This document shows positions 12,343 to 28,530 of a stretch of 64,000 bases of DNA, one piece after another. The notes below the pieces were generated by a model, which saw only the letters and a list, made by a program, of their open reading frames with translations, made no database searches and was not told the DNA's origin. This DNA is from Octopus vulgaris (taxonomy: Eukaryota): assembly GCA_951406725.2 (NCBI GenBank), contig OX597821.1:15004001-15068000 (forward strand). Direction: 5' to 3'. The position numbers were made by a program, and so were the translations under genes. Position 1 is the first letter of the stretch. Every line of letters begins with the position of its first letter.

Positions 12343-13845
12343 CGATAATAACATGTACAAATTACCTCACCAAGAAGTTACAATGCAATCATAAAAGAAA
12401 TACGTTAAGAGGAAAAGAATAAGCGGTTTAAAATTTTATATTATGTGATTTGAGCTACATTGTTTTTAAAATGTGACCTTTCCACATAGCTGTTAGTGAT
12501 CTTTAAAATATTTTTTCACATTTAAAAAAAAAAAAACTCTGAATTTATTATGCAGTTCTGAATGCGTTAAAAATATAAAATGTGTGTGCATTGTTTGAAT
12601 AGCTGAGGTTCGCGAATGGACAGAGAAGGGGCACGAACAATAACACGGACAATTATGTCGTAACTAGCGATGTATTAAAATTCAATGGAGGTATTTTCAG
12701 AGTTTATTTTGAGCTTAGATCTATTTAGATCTCAACTGCGGTGTATTTCTCTTGCAAGATACATAATAGCTGTCAACGTCATTTAAATAGGTTAAATGGA
12801 ATGTTCTCGCGAGAATTAAATAGATTAACATATTTTTCACTTTGTATCAACTTCCATTTCCTCTAACAGTATGAGACTTTTGCACACACTATCTGCAGCA
12901 GTGTCGTTGACTACGTCACATCCCAATGCAAAGCATAAAATTTTCTTCACATAAAATGGATAGATTCGTCGTGTACTGGAATTCATTTAATGTGATAACT
13001 ATAAGATAAGTGTAGTTTTCAATTCATGTCATATAAGGATACTGGTCAAAATGTCGACCATCTATATAATCATGTCACTGTGTAGCAATTAAAATGTGAT
13101 ATACAATTTGCTTTCTTTTTTTATACTGAGACAATATAAAATCATAATGGCAGCAAAGGGAATCTACATAAATACGAAATCTAGCCTCGGTTTCATTTTA
13201 TATATGTGTTCAATTCTTGTAATTTGTTTCAGCACATTTTCACGGAAAGCAAATCTAATACCGACAACCTGTCCTCAATTATCTTGGAGAATAATAATTC
13301 AAGAGTCTAAGCTGGTTAAATAGTTTAGCTCAGAATATTCTGATGGCTTGCCTGATCTAGTACAATGTCAATCGATTAGGATAAACAGAACACATATCAC
13401 TGGCGATTATAGATTTTAGTACATTGTGCATCATTCCCTGACATCCTAATACTAAAATACTGTTTTGTTTACATTGGTTGTCCATATATTTATTTAGATG
13501 AGAGATATTCTAACACTGTTTCGTTTGCACTCTTGTTTATAGTACAAGCAGGTCAAGTTTTACAAATTATTCAATATATAATACATCAGAACCTTTGAAC
13601 AAATGGTTTGATTTACACCTTCACTCTTTCTAACATAGGGCAACAGAGTGTATACAAATATGAATTTCTGGAATGCTAATTGTATGTCAAACTCTGCCAT
13701 CTTTGGGATCGTTGACTTGAACATAAATTCTACAGTAACGACAATATCACGAAATAGTTTTTCATAATTCTTTCACATAATTATCAAATCATGTTGGAAA
13801 TTCACATGAACAATTATTACCAAATAAAGACTAATCATCTGTATA

Positions 13846-14277
13846 TATTCTTTTATTCTGTTATTCCTTTCAGCCATTTGACTGTGGCTATGCTGGAGCA
13901 CCACATTAAAGGGTCTTAGTCGAAGAAATCGACCCAAAGACTAATTCTTTGTAAGCTTAGTACTTATTCTATCGATCTCTTTTGTCGAACCGCTAATTTA
14001 CAGAGATGTGAACAGACAAGCACCAGTTGTCAAGCAATGGTGGTGGTGGTGGTGGTGGGTCAAATACTGACACAAAGATACACACCCACACACAAATACA
14101 CACACACACATATACGACGGGATTTATTTAGTTTCCGTCTACCAAGTTCACTCACAAGGCTTTAGTCAGCCCGAGGCTGTTGTAGAAGATACTTGCACAA
14201 AGTGTCACGCTGTGGAACCGAACCTGGAACCAGGTAGTTGGACAGCAAGCTTCTTACCACTCAGTCACGCCTGCTCC
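13846..14277 (-). mobile_element. SINE-D copy, full length
   Basis: Colinear with the reverse complement of 42547-42953. Confidence 0.85.
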
Positions 14278-15226
14278 TATATATATTTATTAAAATTCTT
14301 ATCGTCCGTTAACGCCAATCTGTAAGAATAATATTGCTAAGCATTTCATTATATTATTCGTTTTATTAATAATTTTTCTTGGGTTAAACATACACGTAGA
14401 AATATGCAACAGAGCACGAAATATTTCAATTCCAGATAGATGACGAAAGTAAGGCTTTTTCAAGAGGTTTGTGACCTCCATGTGAACTAATCGGGTGAAT
14501 TGAAATGACAAGTTTGTGAGTTAATTTAGAAAGCGAAAATTAGAAGATTAGATGAATTAACATAAATGTAATTTACTAGCCACAAAACTGTTGATCGACA
14601 CTTCATCAGATTGTATTACATTACCAAATGACCGCATTCTAGGCGTGTAACTATTCTATTCTGCAATCATATGCAATAGATCAGACCTATACAAAGCAAT
14701 GAGAAGAAATAAAACAATTGACAGTGAGAAAAACAACACTTCTGAAAGTTTATCAGAAAAGTTTATCTATAGAAGGAAGGAAATATGTTTTATTCATCAT
14801 TATACGATAATACTCATCAACACTAGAAGCATCTGAGTAGTCGCCATGTTTTAGAGATTTATGGACATTGCTAATTTCTGTAATGTGTTATTCTTAGAGT
14901 AATTTAGATACACACACACACGTACGCGCGCGCAGACATACTTAAATACAGGCGTGAATAATTGTGTACATATGCACAGATAGAAAGACAAATAGAGAGA
15001 GATATATATAAATAAATTTTTGGCTATCATTATAGAATTGTAGAGGAGTATCTAGAACCGCAATTGCCATTCTCTGTGGGCCACTGAGTAAGCTTTAAAG
15101 CATTTTACAGTTTTCATTATTGGATTTTTAATAGCTGTATGAAGGTAGTTTAGCGATGAAACAAGAGTAAATTGTCACGTTTAATAACACGCTCACTCAC
15201 GCGCACATACATACAAAGACAGAGGA

Positions 15227-15278
<52 letters not shown>

Positions 15279-16349
15279 GTTTACGAAACTCAGAGTAGCA
15301 TGGGTAGCCCGTTATACTCGGATCACATGCAGCTGTTTATGAATATTTGCAATGCTTGTGAAACATGATTATATGAATGGCATTTTTCAAAAATATCTTT
15401 AGCAAACTATAGTTTTTACACAGTTAAGTTGAAAAATTGTTACACATACTTCTCCCCCTCTCTCTTTCTCTCTGTATATATATATATATATATCTTTCTC
15501 TGCATATCTCTTCCTCTCTCCCTTCTCTCACCTACACTCCAATTCTCACTTGACCAATTTTTATGACATTCATAGTTGTAATACATATTGCAATGATGTA
15601 CTCTGTTAGCATATTGATTTAGCAGTGATGAGACTGATTTATAAAGAAAATTATTCCAAAAGGCCAGCTACAAAAATAATGTTACCCACTCGGCATACGG
15701 TACTTCCTGAAAACAAATACTTTTTACAATCGCACAGAAGTCGAATTTTCAAGATACATTAGTGTAAAGGTAGTCAAGTTTGAAAGATCGTCGGGACGGT
15801 GCTTCATATTAGCTTAGTAAAGATTATGCAATAATATGGTAAATGTAAAATATGCTGATGAAAATCATATTTCGAATAACAAACTACTTAGAGCATAAAT
15901 AAAACTTACAATGATGTTCACAAATTTTCTAGACTTACTTAATATCTACAAATAGATAGCAATAATTTGACAGTCCCAGGAAGAGCCCACTCTTGCAGCA
16001 AACACATTGATTGCATATCAAATTCATAGTAATAAACTACAGTAAAAATATAAGTACATAAAATGTTTATAAACGAAATAGTATATAGCAACAGAACTAT
16101 TTATAAAGAAACATTTTATAGATGACTGCATTATTAAAAAATACAGCCACACAAAGCAATAATGAAAGTTTACTGATTGTGTCTATTTCCTACGCCAAGG
16201 AAAGAAAATTTATGGGAAAAATGCTCTGGAGTATTGTATGAAATATTACTTTATGTCATTTTTACACCTTTGAAATATTTTATATCACAGCAAGTCATAT
16301 TTTATTTATGGGATTCAACCACACGCACAGATATACACATAATATATAT

Positions 16350-16435
<86 letters not shown>

Positions 16436-16485
16436 ATACACATATATATACATACACACACACATATATATATACTTATGTATAT

Positions 16486-16543
<58 letters not shown>

Positions 16544-16562
16544 TTATATATATAAATATATT

Positions 16563-16650
16563 AAAATATTTTTGTTAATGAGATAAAAAACCAAGGCTGT
16601 GTAGATTTTAGAACAAGCCTTGGTTTTTATTTCATTACGAAAATAATTTT
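16563..16650. repeat. Short fold-back inverted repeat next to (TA)n/(CA)n
   Basis: aaaatatttttgttaatgagataaaaaaccaaggct versus agccttggtttttatttcattacgaaaataatttt. Confidence 0.75.
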
Positions 16651-17075
16651 TTATATACACACGCTGACATATGACCAGCGTTGAACCCCTTATTCGCATA
16701 ATCACCGAACCTGGAACTTAACTCTGGTCTATCTATAGCACTTATTCAGCATTACCTGACATCTTTGCGTCTCAATGACACCATTACCTCTCATAACATC
16801 CATATATATATAAGTATATATTTATATACGTATAGATATACACATACATACGTATGTATGTATGTATGTATGTATGTACTCTTTTATTCTTTTACTCATT
16901 TAGGTCATTTGATTGCGGCCATGCAGGAGCACCACCTTTAGTCGAACAAATCGACTCCAGGACTTATTCTTTGTAACCCTAGTACTTATTCTATCGATCT
17001 CCTTTGCAGAATCGCTAAGTTACGGGGACGTAAACACACCAACATCGGTTGTCAAGCAATGGTAGGGGACAAACA

Positions 17076-18337
<1,262 letters not shown>

Positions 18338-18737
18338 TATATATATATATATATATATATACACGAAGGGCTTCTTTCAGTTTCCGTCTACCAAATCCAC
18401 CCAGACAGCTTTAGCCAGCCTGAGGATATAGTAGAAGACACTTGCACACGGTACCACGCCGTGTGACTGAACCTAGAACCATGTGGTTGAGAAGCAAGCT
18501 TCTTACAACGCACCCACTCCTGTGCCTATCCACGCACCTACATCCGTGCCTGTATATGTACACACAGACAGATAGACACACACACACTATATAATAAAAC
18601 GAATGGTTTACAGCGAGTAACTTATTGGTAAACACGATCACTTTCACAGTGATCGTTTTGTATATAGTAAATTAAAGACAGAAGATGGAATACACGAGAA
18701 TTTATTATTAATCACGACAATGGTTTTGGCATATTTT

Positions 18738-18739
<2 letters not shown>

Positions 18740-18798
<59 letters not shown>
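18740..18798. repeat. (CTA)n microsatellite
   Basis: Direct inspection. Confidence 0.97.
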
Positions 18799-18799
<1 letters not shown>

Positions 18800-19163
18800 G
18801 CCCACGTATTAGATTTTCGCACGTTTGACGGTCGTGGCCAAAGTGGCGTTAATATAGGCTGGTCGTTTGTTGAATATATCTTCGTTGACGAATAATCTAG
18901 ATATTCTGGCCGAAATGTTATTAATTAGTACCCTAATGATAGACGGGGGATGATTTGACCCAAAGTTTATGTATTATAGGCTTTCATTGGGTTTCTAAAA
19001 TGGTTCGTGCAGCCTAGTATCTAAGTATTTAACCTACGATATTCGTTGTCTATGGTTATTAAGTGTCCGAAGCTTTAAAAAAAAATATTTTTTTTGTTTT
19101 TCTCATTGTACCTTACTGCATTTACTTATGAAGAATGACGCGTCATCCCCGTATAGATCTACT

Positions 19164-19226
<63 letters not shown>

Positions 19227-19369
19227 CTATGTTTCCTTATTCTCTCACAAAGTAACAGTCCACCTGGGTCTATATATAAGTCACTTGCCGAAGAAGCAAC
19301 ACACTGGGGCTGAACTGATGGTTACATGCAGGGCAACACATGCACACACACACACGCATATATATATAC

Positions 19370-19414
<45 letters not shown>

Positions 19415-19565
19415 CATATAAATATCTATATATAATTCTTTTTGGGATTTGGTTTGCAAGATTCTTTATATGAGTTCGTGTGTTAAAGCATATTCTGTTG
19501 TGTTTACCGGTGAGTGTGTAAAATAATAAGGCACTAAAAGAGAATGACTCTCTCCAGACACAACA

Positions 19566-19646
<81 letters not shown>

Positions 19647-21184
19647 ATCATTTAATATAGTAAGAAAGTGTTCATGCTGTTTAACAACCCAGGACAGCCC
19701 TGGTCAAATAAGTTTCTCAAAAATCACAATCAGGTGTTCTATTTCCGGTCGATTGGCTGTGGTTTCTAGTAGATAGAATAATGGCGTAGGAGTTCTTTAA
19801 ATGCAAGTTACTATGGTGAACACACTGTTGCTAGAAGAGAAACTTTTACTATGCTGTTGCTATTTCTCTATGTTGACTGTATTACCGTAGGTTGCTACAA
19901 TGAGCAAAATATTGTATTTCTTTCATTGTTTTTGTGTTTGCTTCCCTCTGAAGTCTCTCGAGAGAGCAGTGTCCTTCACGCTCTACAGTGCTTCTGATCC
20001 TTGTGGTGGGTAATCTCAAATCGAAGACCTACTTGAAACAAAATAGGTTTTATAAGGTATGACGATGGAATTTGAACTCATTTCACTAACAGTTGGAACA
20101 AATACTGCAAGGCACTTTTCCGACATACATGTTGTCCAGCAAATCTCTTGACATAGATCCATTTCGTCATCGATACCAAATGCTTGAAACTGATCTCGGT
20201 GCGATTTCAATTCAAAGCGGTGAATGCCAAAACAAATCCTGCGAGGTAGTCTCTCCGAAGCTCAAGTGACAGTACAAATTCGTCGCCTACAGTTTCTGTT
20301 GTTTGTGGTTAACCTTAGTCTGTTCCAATCGGATGATTTGTTCATGCATATCCAGTATTTTCTGGCAGGCATTATTCATAATATCATTCTGTTCATTATT
20401 TTCAAGGCGGCAGGTTTTGATTTTTGGGAGATTTAGTTATATTCATAGTATCGTGCTCCTATAAATTCTTTCAAAGTAAAGGGAACACTGGTGTATATTC
20501 CTGTGAATAACAAAATATTGCCATTCATTGCTATGAGAAAAACTGAATGACTACATATTACAGTAGGGTGCCGAGTCGTTAATGTCAACATTAAAAACAA
20601 TGTTACAGAATTTAACGGCATGCTATAAAAAGGATGCAAGTTTACTGTAGCTTGGATTTGTGAAAAGAGAATTAACAGACGTAACTATGTGCAGTGAGCG
20701 CTGTTGACTGTTGCAGTCGGGGAAATGAACTACTTTATAAGGATGTATTCACTACGCAGTACTTGTTTAGATTTCAATACAAAACACAGCATTGCTAAAT
20801 ATTGTTCTTGTATACCATTATTAAAAGCAAGGCATTGTATACACGCACACTCATACACACACACATATCCTCACTATATGTATGAATATTAAAATACATA
20901 CGTACATTAAACACAAGTATGCACACATATATATCATATATGTCTGTATAATATTCATATGTGTGTATGTGTGCAACTATGTGTGCATGTATAGAAATGC
21001 AATATATATATATAAATATATATATATATGTGTATATATATGTGTATATGTATACATATATATATGTGTATATATATACATATATATATGTGTATATATA
21101 CATATATATATGTGTATATATGTATATATATATATATTATATACATATACCTACATACATACATACATATATATATATATTACA

Positions 21185-21814
21185 TACGTGGGAAATTCTG
21201 TCTGTGCGTGTGTTTGTGGAGTTGTTAGCTAACTGCTCCTACATCGTTTTATCGATTTTGATGAAGCTTGACACTTGACTAGAATCCTTGTCTGGAAACC
21301 TCATGGCATACTCAGAATGTTGAGAAAGTCGATAATACAGCCTCTGGAAGGGATCCTTATACACAGCCAAGGGAAATAACCCATTCATTTTCATAAATTA
21401 TTTGGTGAAAATGAAATTGTGTACGATTATTTCTTAGTATTTGAACTTTTAGAGTTATATTTACAATTATCCAGTACAACCCTTAAACAAGTAAATAGTA
21501 TTTTCCTAAATATTAGATATGTTCTCTGGAAACACGCAAAAGCCCTTGTCGGGGCTACTTTATTTGAATTCTTACTATCGGGTAACTAATTTCATGTTAT
21601 TACATAATTGACTTCACAATTGGAGTATTCGTTACTTATTGGGAATTCCTAAAAATAAGATCCTGTGTAAGACATTTCGGTATTCTCTGTAAATGCTCAA
21701 AATCCGTTTTAGGGGCTACATACTTTGTATTGTTATGGATTAGAGAAACAATTTTGAAAACGGGTCTAAGAGATAAATCCAGCTTTCCCGGGAATTACCG
21801 AGTACGTCAGCTAG
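21185..21814 (+). mobile_element. Non-autonomous Helitron, diverged
   Basis: 5' ctgtctgt...ctaactgctcctacatcgttttatcgattttgatgaagcttg; 3' hairpin remnant cccgggaattaccgag then CTAG|T. Confidence 0.6.
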
Positions 21815-21854
21815 TATATACATATGTACGCACACAAACATACACACACATGTT

Positions 21855-21912
<58 letters not shown>

Positions 21913-22481
21913 CCTTCAACTGTGACTATAAAATTTGTAACTACCTTGTCTGATGCACCCGTCTTTTTTAAGATAAAAGTGATTTGAAGACACTTTGGAA
22001 GCTAACTGTTAAACTCGGGCTGCACATACACTTCCTTTTGGGCTCGACTATTTAAAGTTAATTGACAATGCGAAACGAAACTATTAGTTAACGTTGTTCA
22101 TATGTATCTAGTAGATAGACTTGGCCGAAAGTTGCCTTACCCATCGAAAATACACCATTTTCACGCTTCTTAAAAACCATACACTCAGACACACACAATA
22201 TTGTTACATTTTTCTAAACTCATCACGGTTAACATAATTTGGCGTACGAACTAAACAGCCATCTATAACTATATTTACAACCATTCCACTAGAAACTGTC
22301 GAAGTTTGCAGCTCCTAACTGTTGTTATACCAAAATCAGGACTTCTGATGAAAGTTGTCTATAGAAGGAGAATGTAAAAACCGATAAAAGTAAAGCTGCA
22401 ATTTTCATTTTATTGCTTTTCTAATAGTGATATCAAGTAAAGTAATTTAAAATAGAATGAAATATATAAACAAGTCAAATT

Positions 22482-22539
<58 letters not shown>

Positions 22540-25105
22540 TATATACATGCATGCCTACATAAATGCACACACACATATATATACACACACACACATATAG
22601 ACTGAGAAAGTGTATCAACAATGCAGTCAAATTACACTGGGAGAAATAATGTTAGTGAAAAATTGCGAAATAAATTCACTTATACAAATATACGTACGTA
22701 CGTACGTACGTACATACATACATACATACATGTATATACGTACTCATACACACACACACACTCACGTACATATATAGCCATATACAAACATAAAACACAG
22801 GCTGTGACACATCTATCCATCACTTACACAAATAATTATGGAAAAATTCTTCGTAAGGCAAAATTAAATTAAGATAGAATAAAATAAACGAAATAATCGA
22901 TAAATTGATCTACTGATTGAGTTTTATATTTAAAAAAAATACCACAAACAACAATAAAAATATAAACTAATCCAAAGACGATCAGCATGAGTAAAAGTCT
23001 AACAAATATAGTTAAAATAGTTACTGAAGGAAAGTATGAATAAGTGTGTTATAACACACTTGGTACAGCGAGAGGCAGTTGCTGTAACGACAACAACACT
23101 AACAACATTATAGGAATCAGTTGGCAACAGTGAAAGAATAGGAGCTAAGATATAAAAGCAGATGTAAAACAAAAAATACAAAAAGCGTATAAAAATTACC
23201 AAGAAAGGGAATGTAAGAAACAAAAGAAATAAAATCGAAAAATATTATATCAATAAAATATATATTAACAGCACTATGAGCTAGAAAATGTAAATTGCAA
23301 AAAATTAAGATAACAATAATGACAAAACGTATTGAACAGTCATCTCCACAGCAGTGAAAGAAACCACCAACAAAAGAAAATCAAAAAAGAAAATCAAGCA
23401 CTGAAAATGGCATGGCAGAAGAAATAAGAAGGGCAGGGAAGTTATTAATTCCTGGTTTCTGTCTTTAAGATGTTTCCCAAGAATGTATTTCCAAATCCAG
23501 TTTCAACTTTTTAAATACATCCAACACGAGAAAATGAATAACGACATTAGCTAAAAACATAAAAATATAAATTCTCTTATGTTCTTTCTTTGTTGTTTTT
23601 ATTGTTCTTCCTGTTGGTACAGTATTCCATGAAAGAAGTAAATAAGTAAAGAAGAATGATCGACGACTTAACCGATCTTCAGAATAAAAGTATTAGTTCA
23701 AACAACAAAACGGTTACTTAAATGTCAGCTGAAGTAACAAGACAATTGCAGCTGTAATAAAACAAATAGTTGAATTCTTAAAGAAAATTCTTCCGATAAC
23801 TTCCTTTAACCACTGGCCCATTAAGCAAACATGGCTTCACTTTGATAGGATTATAGTTTGACTAGGAGGGTTTCTACTAGCTAATTGGCCTTTAGTAACT
23901 ATACTGCTATTCTAAGTCTTGTACCCTGACGACTGATGAAGAATTAGGAACTAAGAGTAGGCAATGCATAGTTAAATTGTCGAAGACACTTGGACTACTG
24001 CTAACTGAAATATATATTATTCCACTTCTTTATTACTGTTAGTCATTTGATTAATGATTTAACCAATTAACAAATCGAGTGTTTGAATAATCGTCAATCA
24101 GCTAAGTTCTCTAAATTCTCGACATCATCAATGACATGAAGCAAACCTAGAGCAGAGAAGCCATATCATTGAGGATATTGTGACGACGATGAAAGAGCTT
24201 AAATAAACCTAGCTGATTGTTTGATCGAGTTAACAATCAATGAATGAAACAATCGATTAGTTAATTAGGTACATGGCTAAACATTTGACAAATAAGGATA
24301 CAGAAGTGATAGAGAATCAGTGCGGGTGTTTATTATTGGCATAATGACCTTTTGTAGATATTATCAAATATGTTTCAAAACATGATTATACATTAAAAGT
24401 CCTACAAACCACGCACAAAAAAGAAATTAGCTGAAACACATATTAAACTGTTGAAAGTATAGCCACTTTACAGTCTGTCTTATTAGGCTACTTCATAACA
24501 TGACATATACGGTGAGAGAATGTGGCAGACAAGTTTACTGTAGCTTTGCTTCATTGCCATATAAAAATCAATCTCTCTGTCTGCATGTCTTCATATAAAA
24601 TACACACATACACACACACACATATACATTTATATAATTTCATTATTATATATATATAGTAGTCTATACGTATCAAACTCTGAAGCTATTTTCATTAAGA
24701 GTATCAAAGAAAATGAGTTATATTTTGTCAATACATTTTTTTAAGAGGTCTATTTCGATGGCTTTTGGATGAGATATATGTGAGAGATATGATGTATACT
24801 TTTATAATGTATGAGCAGCATAATTACTAAATCGATACCTTTTGTTAGTGAAGATTCGAAGAGACATGATAATATGAAGGAAAAAGTAAATAAAACGAAC
24901 AGTAAATGTAAGCGAAAATAAAAAGAAAAATATTTCTTGAACAAAGATCAACAGAAGGCTAATTAAAGTATGGAATATATTCTATGGCTTTCATGATTGT
25001 ATCAGATAATGAAGCGGATATATATAAATAAATAAATATATATATCCATATATTTTGTGCGCGCGCGCGCATGTATGTGTACAAAAACACGTATGCATTT
25101 GTTAC

Positions 25106-25138
<33 letters not shown>

Positions 25139-25141
25139 GCG

Positions 25142-25184
<43 letters not shown>

Positions 25185-25309
25185 TTATATATACATATAA
25201 TTACATATATATGTATACACACATATATATAAATATATATATAGATACTTATATATATATAATTACATATATATGTATACACATATGTACATAATTATAT
25301 ATATATACT

Positions 25310-25340
<31 letters not shown>

Positions 25341-25404
25341 TTATGTATAAATAATGTATGTATATGCATATATATATATATATACATATATATATACATA
25401 TACA

Positions 25405-25482
<78 letters not shown>

Positions 25483-26049
25483 CACAGCCGCCACGTTTAT
25501 CCAAGCAAATATACAATGCATAATGTGAAATAGATAAAAAGGAAGACAGAGAGAGTTACACAGTCAAAGACAAGTACATCTACAAAGTAATTGAACACAG
25601 TCTAATTTTGCTTTTACTAAAATAGCAAGAGTTGACGTAGATTCAATTAAATTATCCAAGATAAAAGCTTTCATTACGAGAAATTTCACTGTTCGTTAAT
25701 TGCCCATGAACGTTCTTTAGAGCAGAAATGCTATGACAGTGTAGAAGCATGTTACATATGTTATTCCATTTTGCTTCTATTTGTCTTTTAAGTATATTCT
25801 CGATAACATTCTGCATATCTGTACTTTTATTATTCCCCAAAGCTTTCTCCGTCGCAACGGGATATATGAAACAGCTTTCCTTTGGAGAAATTCCACTATC
25901 AAATCATTAGTGGCTAAAGCATATATAAATTACACTTACTCTTAGAATATTTTTAAGCTTTTGATTCGACAGAAATAAATATGGTTCGTATTATGTAGAA
26001 TCTATTCTGTTTAATCTCAAACAGCAGCATAGAGAGTAAGTATATACAT

Positions 26050-26096
<47 letters not shown>

Positions 26097-26099
<3 letters not shown>

Positions 26100-26461
26100 C
26101 GATAATTAGATAGATATTGCGGTTTCAAATCTTGTTGCAAGGCCAGAAATTTCGGTGAGGGGAGAAACCTGATTACCTCAACACCAGCGCTCAACATAAA
26201 TATATACAGATAGATATATATATATTTATATACACACATATATATATATATATGTATATACATATATATATATATGTATATACATATATATATATATACA
26301 TACATATATATATACATACATACATATACATACATATATATATATATATATACATACATATACATACATACATACATATACATACATATATATATATACA
26401 TACATACATATATATATAGATACATATATATATATACATACATATATATCTATACACACAC

Positions 26462-26518
<57 letters not shown>

Positions 26519-26620
26519 TATTGATAGTTAGATAGTTATAGTGGTTTCAAATATTGTCGCAAGGCCCGAAATTTCGGGGAGGGTGAGAAAGTTGATTACA
26601 TTGACCCCAGTGCTCAATAG
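26097..26620 (-). repeat. Two SINE-B-type tail fragments (26097-26196, 26519-26620) forming an old ~420-bp tandem duplication with microsatellite
   Basis: Both read gatag..ggtttcaaat..gcaaggcc..aaatttcgg..cag(c/t)gctcaa and stop at the same point. Confidence 0.6.
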
Positions 26621-26685
26621 ATATATATATATACATATATATAAATACACATATATATATATGTATATATACATATGTATGTATG

Positions 26686-26760
<75 letters not shown>

Positions 26761-27042
26761 TGAAGTATATTTGCCTCCTAAATGTGGCTGACCCATATGG
26801 GACGATGATACTATAGCTTATAGTCCCAGGAAGACATGACATCTCCTCCACCTGGCTAACGACACACAATCTATGCCTGATCAGTATTTGCGAAGGAAAA
26901 TCATCGTTCCCACCTCTAGACTGACATGATACATACAGACCCGGGTTTCTGGATTATTCCATACTTTTTATACGGAACAAATTTATTATTCTTAGGCAAG
27001 AATGTTGTTGATAGTAACTTTGCAGTTTCACCCAGCTAAGCT

Positions 27043-27087
27043 ATCGTCTGATGATGACTAATCTTGGCGAAACTTCGAAGTCAATGT
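27043..27087 (+). ncRNA. Hammerhead motif (degenerate stems) within a fold-back repeat 26985-27112
   Basis: CTGATGA-tgactaatcttggc-GAAA-CTTCGAAG-TC; the left arm 26985-27035 is an imperfect reverse complement of 27063-27112. Confidence 0.55.
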
Positions 27088-28191
27088 CAACAACATTTTG
27101 TATAAGAATAATATATATGTGAGTGCGTGTACCTGCTCATGCACGCGTGTGTGGTACAGTGAATTTAGTTGGACGATACTTAAAATGCTTCACTTATTTA
27201 CTGACACACTATATATTAGCTTACATAAATTCCTGTTTTCTTAAGTTTTGATGTAAATATCTTATTGTAGAGTTGGCTTTCCAACTCCACCCCCATATCT
27301 TCCAGTGTCTCAAAGCTGATGAAGTACAGTCGTAAACGACCACCTCCCTTTCCTCTTCAGTAGATTTCAATTCTCTGTGATCAACAGCAGGTTTTTCTAC
27401 TTTTCTCCCTCATGAGTCATTTGTCTCTCCCCTTTAACTCTTCACGAAAGAAATGTTGTCTATGGCTGGAACTAGCAATTTGGAGCTCTGTTTCTCCTAT
27501 ATATTCTGTTTCTAATTGGTAGATCATGATGTTTTCTGTCAGACAAGGGAACTCAAGTTTGATGCATGATTATTACAGAAACGTATATTGCAGTCTTACA
27601 CTCTCCCTACACAGTGGCAATTTAAGACATGGTTATGCGATTTAGCCAAAACAAAATACACAATATGAAATAATGCTCATATATAATGCAATTAAATAGA
27701 TGATTCTGAGAAATTAATTCGAGAAGCAATATACAAGTAATTGTATTAATCATGACCCTTACGTAGATAATTTGATTTCAAGAATTTCAATACTTTTTAT
27801 ATATTCTTGAGCAGTCATTGAACAATAACCACACTTGGACACTGAATTGAAGGTTTTGTCGATCATATTGACTCTATGACTTACGTCAATATGATAATTA
27901 TTTTATTGATCACTGTTTATAGAGGAGCTACGTTATGAATAGATATAAAAAGACAGACACAAACGCATACATTTATGTACATATATTACAGGCTGATGTA
28001 CATTTTCTATCAAGTAAGTTATCAAGGTGCACCGCGGCACTCTAAAGCCGAGAATCTCGTAGTTGTGAGACGAATCACTCAACCAAAATGCTACACTTTC
28101 GACTTGATATGCTTCTATATAATGTAGATACCAATGAAACTTTTGCCTGTACCATAGGGATAACAACATCAGAAGCTAATATTCAGCAATA

Positions 28192-28530
28192 TCGGTTTCA
28201 AATTTCGCATAAGACCAGCGATTTCGAGGGAAAAAGGATAGTGGAATATCAACCCCAGGTTCGAAATTTCCCCAAGACACATGAAGAAGGCTGGTGTGTA
28301 TATCAGCTAAAACATTGTCTTAACAACAAAGAAGATGAGAACAAATATCCGTCAAATGTAAATGATGTAAATAATGTATCAACCCTAGTGTTTAACTCTT
28401 TATTTTATCGACCACCAAAGCATGGACGGCAAAGTCGACTTTAATCGAATTTGACCTGGGAGCGTAAAGACGGACGAAGTGCTGCAAAGCATTTTTTCCG
28501 GCATGCTGACAATTCTACCAGGTCGACGCT
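28192..28530 (-). mobile_element. Old SINE-B copy interrupted at 28256-28376
   Basis: ggtttcaaatttcgcataagaccagc tail and tttatcgacc...ggcaaagtcgac body. Confidence 0.65.
28256..28376 (+). mobile_element. 5'-truncated copy of the tRNA-head/HHR element, with TSD
   Basis: 9-bp TSD tatcaaccc (28247-28255 / 28377-28385); aagacac-aTGAAGA-aggctg..cagct-aAAA-cattgtctt; tail matches reverse complement of 255-340. Confidence 0.75.

Noticed and set aside
18935-19165. Possible MITE with weak TIR (gacgggggatga / tcatccccgtat)
   Set aside because: Match is too short and the left terminus is not definable.
23930-23990. CTGATGA with possible HHR
   Set aside because: No properly placed GAAA/stem III; too degenerate.
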